Below, piece after piece: positions 12,660-24,225 of a stretch of DNA of 64,000 bases. The notes under the pieces were generated by a model. The model saw only the letters and a program-made list of their open reading frames with translations. It was not told the origin of the DNA and made no database searches. Source of the stretch: Octopus sinensis (taxonomy: Eukaryota). A program made the position numbers and the translations under genes. Numbering within the stretch: the first letter of the stretch is position 1; every line of letters starts with the position of its first letter. Location of the stretch: positions 1 through 64,000 of the forward strand of contig NW_021833428.1 in NCBI RefSeq assembly GCF_006345805.1, written 5' to 3'.

Positions 12660-15600
12660 ATTGTTTTACAAGATATTTTGGGACATAATCCATCTGAAAT
12701 TTTATAAGTAGTGTGACCATTTTTATGTTCTTAGAATTTACCTTTGAGTAATGATACGATTCGTCGCCAAATTGACGAAATGGCTGAAAGCGTCGAAGAT
12801 TCCTTGAAAAATATACTTAGAAAAACTGTTTTTTCCTTGCAGATTGACGAATGTCTGGTATGTGATAATAAATCTATATTAATGACCTATGTTAGGTAGG
12901 TATTTTAAATAATATTTTGTTTAGATTTTTTGACAAACAAGTAGTTTTTTGTAAAGAGATTTTGTTTATCAGACCTTTGATAACAGATTCTAACCGAGAG
13001 TCAATTTTTAATGTATTGAAAACGTATTTTGAGGAAAAACGAATTCCATTTTCCAATTTAATCACATGTGCTACAGACGGGGCAATGGCCATAGATGGGA
13101 AGTACAAAGGATTTGCGTCTTTTTTGAAACAGAAATGTCCGAATTTAATTCATATTCATTGCGTATTACACCGCCTAAAAACGATCAATCGAATTAAAAC
13201 AAGTCCAAAATCTGATAGGATCTTTAGGAAATTTTGTATAGATAGGAATGAAGATTATTTAAGACTCTTTCATCATACTGAAGTTTATTTTTGTTTTTTA
13301 GGTTCGCTGGTTGTCCAAAGGCACTGCTTTACAAAGATTTGTAGACCTTCTACTAGATATTTTGGAATTTCTTGAATCGGAAAATGAAGAGGAATTAGAA
13401 AGATTGATTTTAGAAAATGAGAAATATATCTACAGTGCCTGACAAAAAAAATTGGATTTGTAAAAAATCGACTTTGTTTAAAAATAAATTATAATTTAAT
13501 TTTCTTACAGCATTCTTAGTAAAATTAGAATTATTTTTTAATTTTTAAAATTATTTTTGGCTTTTAGAATTTAATTTTAAAGCAGAATTTAAAATTTGCT
13601 GGACAAAAAAAATTGGATTTTTTTGTTTTTGAGCTGATCTCGTATAAATGAAGCGTAAATCAAAAATCCATTTATCTGATTTTACAAAAGGAGTAATAAT
13701 TGGACATTACTCTTCAGGAAAAACAATTGAAGAAATATCTAAAATACTGAAAATTCTCAGATCGACCGTGGGATTTGTGACAAGAAAATTTTCCAAAGAA
13801 AGCACCACAACGCGAAAAATTGGATCTAAACGTTTACCGAAATTCTCTTCAGATCAAAAAAACACAATACAATTAATCTCAAGAGATGAACCCTCAATTT
13901 CTGCTGCGTCTCTTTCTGAGATAACAAAAACTCAATTTAATGTGGAGGTATTTTCCAGAACAATTGGTCGTATACTAAATTCATTTGTATTACATGCCCG
14001 AGTTGCAAAACTCAAACCTCTTTTAACATCAAAAAACATCGAATCCAGATGGTTAATTGCAAAAAAGTTTTTAGCCATATCTGACGAAGAATGGAAGAAA
14101 GTCATGTTCTTCAATGAGTCATGTTTTGAGGTCTATATCAGCAAAATAAGGATCTATAACAGCAAAAAAACGGTACTGTCTATGAAAAGTCCAATATCGT
14201 ATCTACTGTTGAGTATGGTGGAGGAAAGTTAATGGTTTAAAGATGTTTCTCATATGAAGGCGTCGGTAATCTTGTTATTATAAATGAAAAAATGAACAGT
14301 GCTTATTATTTAAACATTTTGTCAAATAATCTGGAGCAATCAACTTTAAAAATGAGGTTAAACTCATGTGTTTTTTAACAAGATAATGCTCCATGCCACA
14401 GTTCTCGAAAAGTTAAAGAATTTATATGCGATAGAAAATATAAAATTCTTGATTGGCCGTCTCAATCACCTGACCTTGATCTAATTAAGCATGTTTGGGC
14501 AATGATGAAGAGCAAATTATTGCAAAAAACGCCGAAAAACTTGAAAGATTTGGAGACAAAATTAGTTGTGATATAGGAGTCAATTCTGAAAAAAATACCT
14601 AGAAAATTTAGTTATATCAATGAAAAAAAGAATTTTGGAAGTTTATGAAGCACGTGGAGGGATATCAACTTATTAAATTTTAATTTGTTTAATTAAAATA
14701 AAAAAATCCAATTTTTTTTGTCCGTCAAATTTTAAATTCTGCTTTAAAATTAAATTCTAAAAGCCAAAAATAATTTTAAAAATTATAAAAATAATTCTAA
14801 TTTTGCCAAGAATGATGTAAGAAAATTAAATTATAATTTATTTTTAAAAAAAGTCAATTTATTAGAAATCCAATTTTTTTGTCATATTCATTAATAAATA
14901 AACCATATTCATTCATTCATTCAATTTTTTTGTCAGGCACTGTATTATTTAAATTGGATTTTACTAAATTTAATGAAATTTCCTTTAAAATGCAGGGAAA
15001 TTTTGTCAGAGTTACAATAATTACATTTTGTGAAAGTTAAAGAATTATAGACATAACTTTGAATCAGGAAAATACGATTGTCTATATCCAGTATGTAAAG
15101 CATTTAATGAATTTGATATTGAAATTGTTGTTAACTATCTAATTAATTTGGAAAAGGAAATGACAATCAGATTTGAGGACGTTATTAATATGGAAATATC
15201 AAGATGGATGATAAATCCTTGTTTGACTAGCACTGTAGAGATGCAAATGGATTTGAAGATGAATTTATTGGTATTTTTATCATTATTATTATTTATAGAA
15301 ATTAAATATAATTATTCTTACATGATTTTGTTTGAAAACCAGGATTCGTCTACCTTTTGGCAAAAAAAGGAATTTCAAGAAAAATATCCAAAGATTTGGG
15401 AACAAATAATTAAAATTTTATGTTTTCCAACGACATATCTTGTGGAATCAGGATTCAGCGTAGTAAACAGGATATTGAGCGATGAACATAAAGCTCGATA
15501 TCTGCTCGCGAGGAGATGTCAGATTATTTTTACACGCTTGGACCCTGATATTCAGAAACTAATTAAAATGCATGAAAGCCAAGGCTCTCATTAAATAGTT

Positions 15601-15734
15601 AGAAAAATATTTCAAGTCTCTAAATTTAATTAAAAGAAATAAATAAGTCTTTGTTTTTTTTGGTACACGAAATAACTTGGTTTGGTACATTGACTTTTCT
15701 TTTTGGGACACCAAAAAAAGGTTGAGAATCACTG
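12660..15734 (+). mobile_element. hAT (Buster/Charlie-type) DNA transposon, 5'-truncated, intron-containing, interrupted by Tc1
   Basis: LPLSNDTIRRQIDEMA, FSLQIDE, TDGA.A, HC.LHR, HTE|VRWLSKG, FPTTYLVESGFS, C-terminal SQGSH; right terminus ggttgagaatcactg ends at 15734. Confidence 0.88.
13433..14942 (+). mobile_element. Tc1-family transposon (IR/DR type), defective transposase at about 13648-14676
   Basis: TA|CAGTGCCTGACAAAAAAA ... TTTTTTTGTCAGGCACTG|TA; about 200-bp inverted repeats with inner direct repeats; HTH, WKKVMF.NES, QDNAPCH, WPSQSPDL; stops and frameshifts. Confidence 0.95.
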
Positions 15735-16050
15735 TTTTTGAGCATAGAACATGGTCTTTGAAAATTTTCAGGATTATTTCCAACTCCAATTTCCTGAGAT
15801 GGCCAATAAATGCTACAATTCCGTTTCTTTCTGATTTGACCAATTTCTTGAAATGGACTGAAATTAATTCTGCTGTTTTTGCAGAATCTGCGATTCGTCT
15901 TCCATTTTCTTCATTTATGAATAAAGGTTGTCAGTGTTTACGTCCTCGTAGTACTCTGATCGCTTCATAGTACTGGCTATTGTCCTTCAAAGCTTTCATT
16001 CCCTGGATCTGTATCTAATTTTCGCTGAGCATCGCCATCACCATCTATGG
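15735..16050 (-). mobile_element. RTE-like LINE linker fragment
   Basis: Peptide (YYEAIRVL..INEENGRRIAD..AELISVHF) resembles the APE-RT linker seen at 49000-49300. Confidence 0.45.
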
Positions 16051-16110
16051 CTCCAAACAATAAACTAGGAAAACGTAAAAAAAATAATTGTAAATTTAAA
16101 GTAATTGAAA

Positions 16111-16740
16111 TTAAAAAAATGAACAAGATGATTTATCAAGAAGTGACTTTCTCCACGAATTAACAATTTCCACCACATGTATAGCACCCAAAACAGAACA
16201 TTGAACCAACTGAGAATGAGCTATCTGAAAGGGGGAATCAAAACACAAAATAGACTGTTTAACACTTTCAAAAACAACAACGACAATTTTATCATCGTTT
16301 GGGGCAGACAAAGTTACTTCTTGTCCATAGACTGAAAAACAGAGAGCAACAATTATATATTTCATCGGAATACATGCCAAGACCAGAGCACTAGATATTG
16401 CATTTATGGCACACGCCAATTGGAAATTTCCACCATTTATTTCTTGAACAAAAATCTCAATACTGCAGCATGGAAATAGATCAGATTGTATAACTTGAAT
16501 AAATAAGGATTTCAAGTATTTTTCTAACGTTGAATTATTTTTACAGTTTTTTAGTGAATTATAGTGAAAAATGATGTTTGCCTTTCCGGGCTGTTCGGAA
16601 GGAGCATTTGTTTCATGAGGACCATAGACAGAGCAGGAAATTATAGATGATGCGTATAAAAATTGAATAGATCCAGAACTTGAGTTGTTAGAAATAAATT
16701 CAAGGCAAAAAGGGGAATCATCCACATTGAACTGAATCAT
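16111..16740 (-). CDS. EXOSC5: Exosome complex component RRP46 (RNase PH fold), intronless
   Basis: 209-aa ORF; SGS..F..SSIISCSVYGP, LFPCCSIEIFVQ, LACAINAISSALV. Confidence 0.85.
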   Translation of the reverse strand: MIQFNVDDSPFCLEFISNNSSSGSIQFLYASSIISCSVYGPHETNAPSEQPGKANIIFHYNSLKNCKNNSTLEKYLKSLFIQVIQSDLFPCCSIEIFVQEINGGNFQLACAINAISSALVLACIPMKYIIVALCFSVYGQEVTLSAPNDDKIVVVVFESVKQSILCFDSPFQIAHSQLVQCSVLGAIHVVEIVNSWRKSLLDKSSCSFF

Positions 16741-16752
16741 AAGCCACGATAG

Positions 16753-17570
16753 TTTATTTATTTATTTTATTTATTTTAACCCAAGAATCACCAACAGTTA
16801 ATTAGGGTAATTAATTAGGTGATTCCAACAATCCTCAAAATCTTTCTCAGCTTTTCCCGATGCTGGACTCTGGACCCAACGCAAGTGTGGGACGGGCGGG
16901 GAGCAGTTTTTGTGAGGAATTGAATCGGGGTGATGTGCTTCTGGTTGTTAAAGTCTTTTGGCAGGTGGTCTTGTTGAAAGGCTAAGAAACCCTTTCCATC
17001 TTTCTTAATAAGTTGGTCAAGCGGAGTTGGGGTAATGTCGTTCAATTTGGAAATTTTCGTTATGCTAGCCGCGGCTCGGCATAGTGTAGTCTCAATTTTA
17101 AGGCGGTTAGACCATGAGAGATTAGAACCCCAAGCGGCGCAGGCATAGCCAATTGTTGGTTCGATGAATTGTTTGTAGAGAGTGCCGAGAGCCGGGAACG
17201 GTGTCTTTAGTCCACCAAAAATCGATTTGATTAGTCCAATCTTTCTCTGACTGGATCCGATGGCCTTCTCTAAATGGGCAGTAAAACACATGTGGGTGTC
17301 AAAAGTGACCCCCAGAATTTTAGGGTTCTTCGTGAATGGGATCTTTTCGTTGTCCAGAAAAAGATCAATAGTAAGGCTTCCAAGTCTCTTGTCCGACGTA
17401 AATAGGGTAGTGGACGATTTTTTGTGGGAGATGTTCATCCTGTTTTGATATAGCCAAGTTCGAATTTGTAATAAGAGATCTTGTGTTTTTTTGGAAGCTT
17501 TCGAGAGGTCTTGGTCACGTGATCCAATGAGTAGGTCGTCAGCGTAGGCGAGAATGATTGAGTTTATTGT
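16753..17570 (-). mobile_element. 5'-truncated LINE RT C-terminus with (TAAA)n tail
   Basis: YADD, PKILGVTFD, LYKQFIEPTIGYACAAWG; ORF ends IVGIT*; A-rich tail abuts the EXOSC5 start. Confidence 0.88.
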
Positions 17571-18649
17571 ATTAATACATATAGAACAAAGAATTAATAA
17601 ATATATTTTTAATTTATTTTTATTATTACTATTAGAAACGCATTATCAATCATACTAATGTTTAAATCCATTCCATGTTAAATAGCCTATTAAAGTTTTT
17701 ACACATTCCATAATATTTCTCTTTAAATTCTAAAAAAAAACTTTGCCTTCCTCTAATGGCGTCCCCTAATGTTTTTCTAATTTTTATTAGCATTTAGTAA
17801 CAGTCGGAATATAGTAGTTAGTGTTCTAACTCATAAGAAGAATCACTTTCATCCATCCTTTGAGCAATCCTCCTTTTAAAACATTTTACGTAATCAATTT
17901 GGTTCCTAAAGAATGCCAGTTGCAGAGTTTATACTGCCCCCGAAGTAACACAAGGGAAGAACGTGAAACAAAAGAATGTTGGAAAGTTTAATTGCTTCTG
18001 TAATTATGTTTTTAAAGCATTAATTGAATCATGAAGTTCACGTATGATTTTAGAAATAAAATTAGAAATAAAACTAAGATCAATCCTGATAGCCATTAAT
18101 TATTTTTTTCATTTTGATGCTTTTATAGGATCATTTTTTGGTCGAAAACCAAACCGCTAGTGGTTAAATGCTAAAGTTTTTAAATAATGCTAACTACTGG
18201 ATTCTCCACTAATTTTGCGTCTCCATTCTCTGATTTCATTAATACTTCATCAGTGAGGAGATTAATCTGAGTTGATACTATATCTTTTCGCTAAGATCCA
18301 CATACATAATTCTAATTTGTTTGAGGGCATTGCATTCGAGTATTGTTAGTTTAAAATCTAGATGGATGCATCTTAATTCTTAGACTTTCGGGTTTTTGCA
18401 AATAAAAGTATCTTGGATTACTTTGATGATGATTTATATTTCTGCTCTATCATAACTTTTTGGCTTTTTGATTGCTCCTGATGATTGGAAAGCAGACAAA
18501 GTTTCTGAACAGTTTTTTAAATTCTTTATTTTTGTGCTTCTGTTCGTGTATTCGGTACATGTAACAAAAAATCTACAAAATATACATCTTTTGTTTCTTC
18601 AAATTTTTTAAATATCTTTTAAAACCACGTCTTTCTTTTCTCTAAAAAC

Positions 18650-19150
18650 GGTATTAAATCATTATATCTGCGACTCTCAAACAAAATAACTGCCGATGTC
18701 TTTTAACGACACTTGATTGAATATTATCTCATATGACACTTAGATACAGTAAATACCCATTCTAGTACTTGATAATCAGTCTATCTCATTTCATCACAAT
18801 GACGTACGCTTTGGACTGTTTCATTAATCATAGCTCTTCTCTGCACAGTTTGTAATCTATACTTTAATGTGATGTCTATTTTCCCGGTGAACTTAACATG
18901 CTTTACTCCTTCAGAAGCGCACCATACTTTCTGTATAAAAACATCTTCACTGATTTTGGAAACTCCCTTCGCTCGAAGATTGAATCTATATGCAATGTCG
19001 AATTTGATTCTTTGGGTTGAAGCCAAGCATCACTCCTTATACGCCACGGAGGCCTAGGACTTCGGTCCCCGAATAATGTTGCACTGCCTGCGTACCTTTT
19101 GTCATTTTCTTCATAGCAGAAACTCATGAGCACGGTTTTCTCAACTGACT
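18650..19150 (-). mobile_element. Probable R4-like RLE retrotransposon fragment
   Basis: Degenerate post-RT region resembling other copies in the window; heavily frameshifted. Confidence 0.4.
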
Positions 19151-19159
19151 TCAAATATT

Positions 19160-20020
19160 ACGAGCCTCCTGAGTTATCATCGGCGGATCTGAAGTGGCAC
19201 TCGCTTGGTCTTGAAACTCCGAACCTTCCGCAAAAGCAATTTGTTTGGGACGAAATTCGCTTTCAACCGCGTATTAAGTCATTCCGCGCATCCCTCGATC
19301 AACATCGTTTGACCTTCTTTGAGACGGGATGTCGTTCCCACAGCAGTTCCTGATTAAAGCCACTCCACTGTCAATTATTGGTAACCTTCTGGACAAGGAG
19401 TCCGTTAGGACAGGGGTTTGTTTACGCCTTGGTCTTCGCCTATGTGAGCCACATGTCTGCCGCTGTGGTGCGAAAATCTGTCGCTTTGGTCTGCACGCGC
19501 TATCGTGTAGACGTAGCGCTGGCCGTATCCCGCGGCACGCTGCGCTAAATGATCTCATCATGAGAGCCTTAGAAGTTGCCTGAATCCGTTCCATACTCGA
19601 ACCCACTGGGGTCGATCTAGAGGACGGGAAGAGACAGGACGGGATAACTGTGTTTCCCTTCAACAGAGGGAAGCCACTTACCTTGGACGCCACGTGTATG
19701 GACTCATTCTCGCCCGAGAATCTGCTGATGTCCGCATCCGCCCCTGGATCAATCGCCACTAATGTCGAATGTAAAAAGATGCGAAAGTACTCTTCACTTG
19801 TGAAGAAGTACCAATTCCTTCCCATTCGCAGTTGAGACGTCTGGTTCTTTGGGCGGAACGGCAATCAGCTTCGTTCAGGAGATCGGGTCTCGGATGTCGA
19901 CAGTCACATGCGACGCCCGCGAATCGAGATGGTTTTTTGAGCGGATATCCCTCGCGATAGTACACTCGAACTCTTTCTAGATCGTGTCAGCCTCTCGCCC
20001 AGTAAAGCATCACCTCTTTA
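19160..20020 (+). mobile_element. CRE-like RLE retrotransposon 3' part
   Basis: CLRLGLRLCEPHVCRCG..HALSC..GRIPRHAALND; EPTG..DGKRQDGIT.FPF..GKPL.LDATC.D; E..K..KY; WFFERISLAIV. Confidence 0.9.
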
Positions 20021-20339
20021 ATTCATTAATATAATTGGAATGGAATGTCGTTTATTGATTAAAAAAGAAACCGAACTTTATCTACCATCTACTAACAGCC
20101 TCTTTTTAAATAAATATTTTTCTTCTTTGTTGAGGGGTTTATAGTATCTATGAACTATAAAAAGACTATCCGGCAGTAAAATATATATTATATGTTCCTC
20201 ACATCTACACATAGACGCACAATGCAGTGGTTAAGTACTTAAATACATTGTTGGGCAACTACTATAGATTAAGGTGGTCAAAATTTATCAAGTTCAGAAA
20301 TATCTAAAAACTTAAAAGAATTCCGTAGCTCGTGGAGTT

Positions 20340-21145
20340 CGAGAGAGGGAAATAGAACTAAGAAAACAAAATTTCTAGAAGCCAGGTGGAAAAAAGATCA
20401 CAAGATTGGGTCGGTACAAGAGCGAACCTAATCCTCCGAAACGTGTAAATAGGCTGGCACGGGTCAAACCGTCATCAGTGAAACTCAAATCAAGATGGTA
20501 TGTTAAAATTTCGTAGACAAGATTGTCGATTCTAAACAGGAAACTAGCGGAAACAAAACATACGGAAGAACTAAGTCAGTCTTGAACAAAAAATTCTACA
20601 GCAAGAAAAACGCCAAATGTGAGCCAACCCTACGGATCCGATCATAGGCAGCTTAATTTTCTTCATATTCAGACGATAGGGCTTTTACTAAAGCATGGTT
20701 GGAAATTGGCGAGCCCAATATAACTAGATCGGTGATAAGCCTTAACTCATCAATCAGGCAGAGAGAGGAAGATGTGTGGGAGAGAGCGGCAGGGGCAAGC
20801 GAAATATTGACGAGTTCCATTTGCCGTCGTTTAAAGATAGATCGATCTTGGAGAAGCCAGAAGTGATCTTGTTTACGTCCTTCATAACGACTCTGGGAGT
20901 CCACCAATCGTCACGTCATCCAAGTACCAAAAGTTAATACTGGATGTAAAGTTCCGTGCAATATGGTCAACAGAGAGGGCAAGCAGCAATGGGCCCACTG
21001 GGTCACCTTACTGAATATCGAATTCAGACATGATAATATGGTCGTAAATCCAAAAAACAGCTTGGAGAAGAATACGCTAGTGCTACAATTGAAAAGAGCT
21101 CTGGTCATCAAATAGAGACAACTTCAAGCCATTTTTTCTTCGGTC
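20340..21145 (-). mobile_element. CRE-like retrotransposon RT fragment
   Basis: QGDP.GPLLFAL, NFWYLDDVTIGG, ILGSPI, ASL..RFGGLG. Confidence 0.85.
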
Positions 21146-21149
21146 CCGA

Positions 21150-21178
21150 AAATGGCGAGCACCAGAGGTTTTACTGTA
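21150..21178. mobile_element. Isolated terminus of a second pogo-like family
   Basis: aaatggcgagcaccagaggttttactg|TA; related to 34715-34780. Confidence 0.5.
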
Positions 21179-21184
21179 TATTTT

Positions 21185-21420
21185 TTTATATACAAAAAAC
21201 AAGAAAGAAATTAAAGATAGCTAAGTTAATTAAAGGCCTCACGAGACACCCGGCCAGCCTCGCGAATGGCGAAGCCGTTCCCTCGGATCACAGCAATCAA
21301 CAGACGTTCCAGGAGCCAAGAAAACTCTCTTGGATCGTGACTAGTCCTTGAAATCTGTCGACCGAGCGAGCGAAGGAAGCGGAGTGTCTTGGGGCCGAAG
21401 ATCCCGGAGGAATCAGCAGA
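21185..21420 (-). mobile_element. CRE-like 3' end
   Basis: SSGIFGPKT..F..LGR.I...PRE..WLLERL..AVIRGN followed by an A-rich tail. Confidence 0.8.
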
Positions 21421-21529
21421 TTTTGGTTTAGTTCAAATAAACTTTAATTTTTGAAAAATAAATATAAAAAACTTTTTTCATTAAAAATCTCAAAAAGTAT
21501 ATTTTATAGTAAATTTTATAGTAAAAAAA

Positions 21530-22058
21530 ACAATTTTTAATAAAAGAAAATATAAGTTAATTAAGGTTGCTTAAGAGCAGAAAGGATAGCGTGGCTATTA
21601 CCCCTGACAACGGTTGTTGAAAGGCGTTGAAACAGCCATTCGGTCTCCCTTCTATCTTTCGTCTGAACCGAGATCAGGGATCCAAGTTTCCTAATGAAAG
21701 AGATTGATTCCGGACCGAAGACTCCAGATGACTCCACAATAATCGGTTGCACTATGAACCTGTCCTTGAGCTCTGAATATTTTAATTTTTTAATTTTTTC
21801 GTAGTTCTGTGAAGCATATCCTGGAGAGGAGGCTGAGGCGATCAGGTTTGTCTCTGAGAAGGTGTCGGTGCAGGCGCAGTCCCAAACAAGGCACTTCCCG
21901 TTGGTGTACGGGAAAATTGTTATCTCATCAGGCCTTTTTCCGTCTGTGCGGATGAGACCAGGAGGCTCCAGCTGTGCCGGGAAACCAGTTGCATGTAAAG
22001 CGTTCTTGACAATTAGGTTCATTGCATGATGTCTTGGAAACCGGCCTGCACTGCGTCA
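21530..22058 (-). mobile_element. CRE-like RLE domain 3' fragment
   Basis: GRFPRHHA.N, EPPGLIRTDGKRPD, LVWD..C.DT, EKIKKLKY, WLFQRLS..VVRGN. Confidence 0.9.
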
Positions 22059-22078
22059 TTGAAAATATTAAATTTTCG

Positions 22079-23054
22079 TTATAGTAAAATATTAAATTTC
22101 ATTGAAAAAATATTATCATAATCTTCTTGAGTAACATGAAAGACGTCATTAAGAATATGGATATCCATATTGATGAGAATTCCAATTACGGAGATCACCT
22201 GATTGTAGAAACAGAGACTGCTGTATCTCCGGATATGGATGTGTTCTAAAAATTCATCAAATACTAAAGAATTGACATTTTCAAAGTACGTGTTCGCATC
22301 TAAATATAAATGTAGTATTTTAACCATATTCGCTCATTATTATTCTGTAAATTTGATGATAGTCAGAGGAAATAAGTGACATTATATTTAAAAACTCGTA
22401 AATAGCTTTGAGGCTGAGTATAAAATCTGGCGGGAATATGTGGAAATTTAAAAAAAATTTCGGGAAACAAATGATAGGAAATAAGTAGAAAGATTCGAGG
22501 AGAAGCAGAGCTGAAAATCTATGTGACAATATAATTTTTTTATCTTCGATTGGAATTTCAATGTCAGAAATCAGTCCATTCTTAATTCTATTTTTGAAAG
22601 AGCATTTTATTTTTTTAACAATTTTGTTGTCAAACAATTTTGTTATCAATAATAAAGTATCGTTGTTTTGGTCACAATCCTAATGTCAGTGAAATAATGA
22701 TATTTACCATTTTTAGAAATTATTACAAATCGTAAGATATTTATTTTATGGTAAAATCTACGTATTTACCGACCTGCGCAATAATGACGTCATTTACACC
22801 GCATATGATTACGCGTTTGATCTATAAAGTATACATAGTTTTTATCAAATCCGATTAACAATCTTGGAAAACAACAAAAAACCTGTAAATTCTGGATGTG
22901 CGCCACCAGAAATGATTCTGTTTGTTGAACTTTTGTCATAGTATGTATTTGGCTGACTCTTTAGATCACTTCGAAAATCATTTAATGAGTTTCCTTGTTG
23001 AAAATAAAAACTATAAACAGCATAAAAAGTATCGTTATAGGATACAGATAACAT
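22079..23054 (-). CDS. Possible orphan gene (three colinear unassigned ORFs)
   Basis: ORFs 22845-23054, 22320-22649 and 22079-22327 on the same strand; no recognisable motif. Confidence 0.25.
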
Positions 23055-23099
23055 TGTCTTTTATAAAAAAAAATTTTAAAAATAAAACAATTAATGATT

Positions 23100-24200
23100 A
23101 ATTTCTAACTAATGCATATGCTTTCAGTCGATTCTCCATCTCTTCAAGCCAGAGCATATCTCTTTGATGGGCATACTCACGCATCTCACAAGGCCGGCCT
23201 CGTCTGTGGTCATTCTCAGGTCCGATTGAATGGCCTTAGTCGGCAAAGCTTTTCTCGTTGTTGTACTTCTTAACCCGATCTTTTAAGATTCTTCATATGG
23301 GATTATTCCAAACGTGTGTTCTGTACGCATACTCTCCAATGTTTTCCCAATAACCACCGGCTTAATGTAAGCTCGAGTGGGTTCTTCGAGACCGATTGAG
23401 TCGTAGAGATGTTTATAGAATTTACTCACAATACCTTCCCATGTCAATACTAATGGTAATATACATTGGCGTAATGGATTACTCTTAGTTCACTGGCAGG
23501 CAAATCGTATTAATAGAGCTTTTCCACCTCAACTTGCTTCAGGATTTTTGAGAGATGATCCAATAAACTTAAAAAATTCTTTATTCAATAAATGTCAATT
23601 CTATTTTGAAATATCTAAGAATCCAGATCGTCAGATGATTTCCCTTCTTCGCTTAAAAAAAGTTTGTCAATCTTCTTTTCTTTTCCCATTTCTGTGTCAA
23701 GGTTTATGTTCACCTGAGTGTCCTTGCGGCATGCCAACTCCGCAAGTTGATTGGTGGAAGAGACGTACTCTTTGTTGTCTATCTTCACTCCGTGTGAGTG
23801 TTCAATTAACATACTCTCCAGCGTCCTATTCAGCAAAACCGACTAGATGTATTTCTAGTTTCTTTTTCAATGGATAACTTATCAATGTGACTTTTAAAGA
23901 ACTTTGACACAACTCCATCCCATGTCAAGACAATTGGAATAATCTTTATTTTTGCTTCTCGAAAGACCGACAGTTCTTTTACAAGCAGGTCTTATTTGTG
24001 AAATTTCTCCACTTCAACTTGCTTAAAACGCTCTTGTAAGGTAATTGCTACTTCGATTAATTTATTTCTTTTTCCCTCTTGTCATACACAAAATGTCAGG
24101 TTTATTGAATTGGAATTTCGTTTAAAACATAATTGACGTATCAACTCTGATTTCAACATTTTGGATCGACATTATTGAATGTCCTTTCAATTTCCTGCTT
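23100..24200 (-). mobile_element. R4-like RLE retrotransposon fragments
   Basis: VEVEK..KYDL.A.EL, VLTWEGIV, YIKPVVIGKTLESM and RTLESMLIEH motifs; apparently two nested pieces. Confidence 0.7.
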
Positions 24201-24225
24201 TGTTTAATTCTATACATTCGATATA

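Noticed and set aside
17600-18640. Possible decayed coding sequence
   Set aside because: No recognisable motif or consistent exon chain.
20465-20490. ctgatga motif resembling the SINE core or box C
   Set aside because: It lies in-frame within CRE RT coding sequence (FTDDGLTRASL); coincidental.
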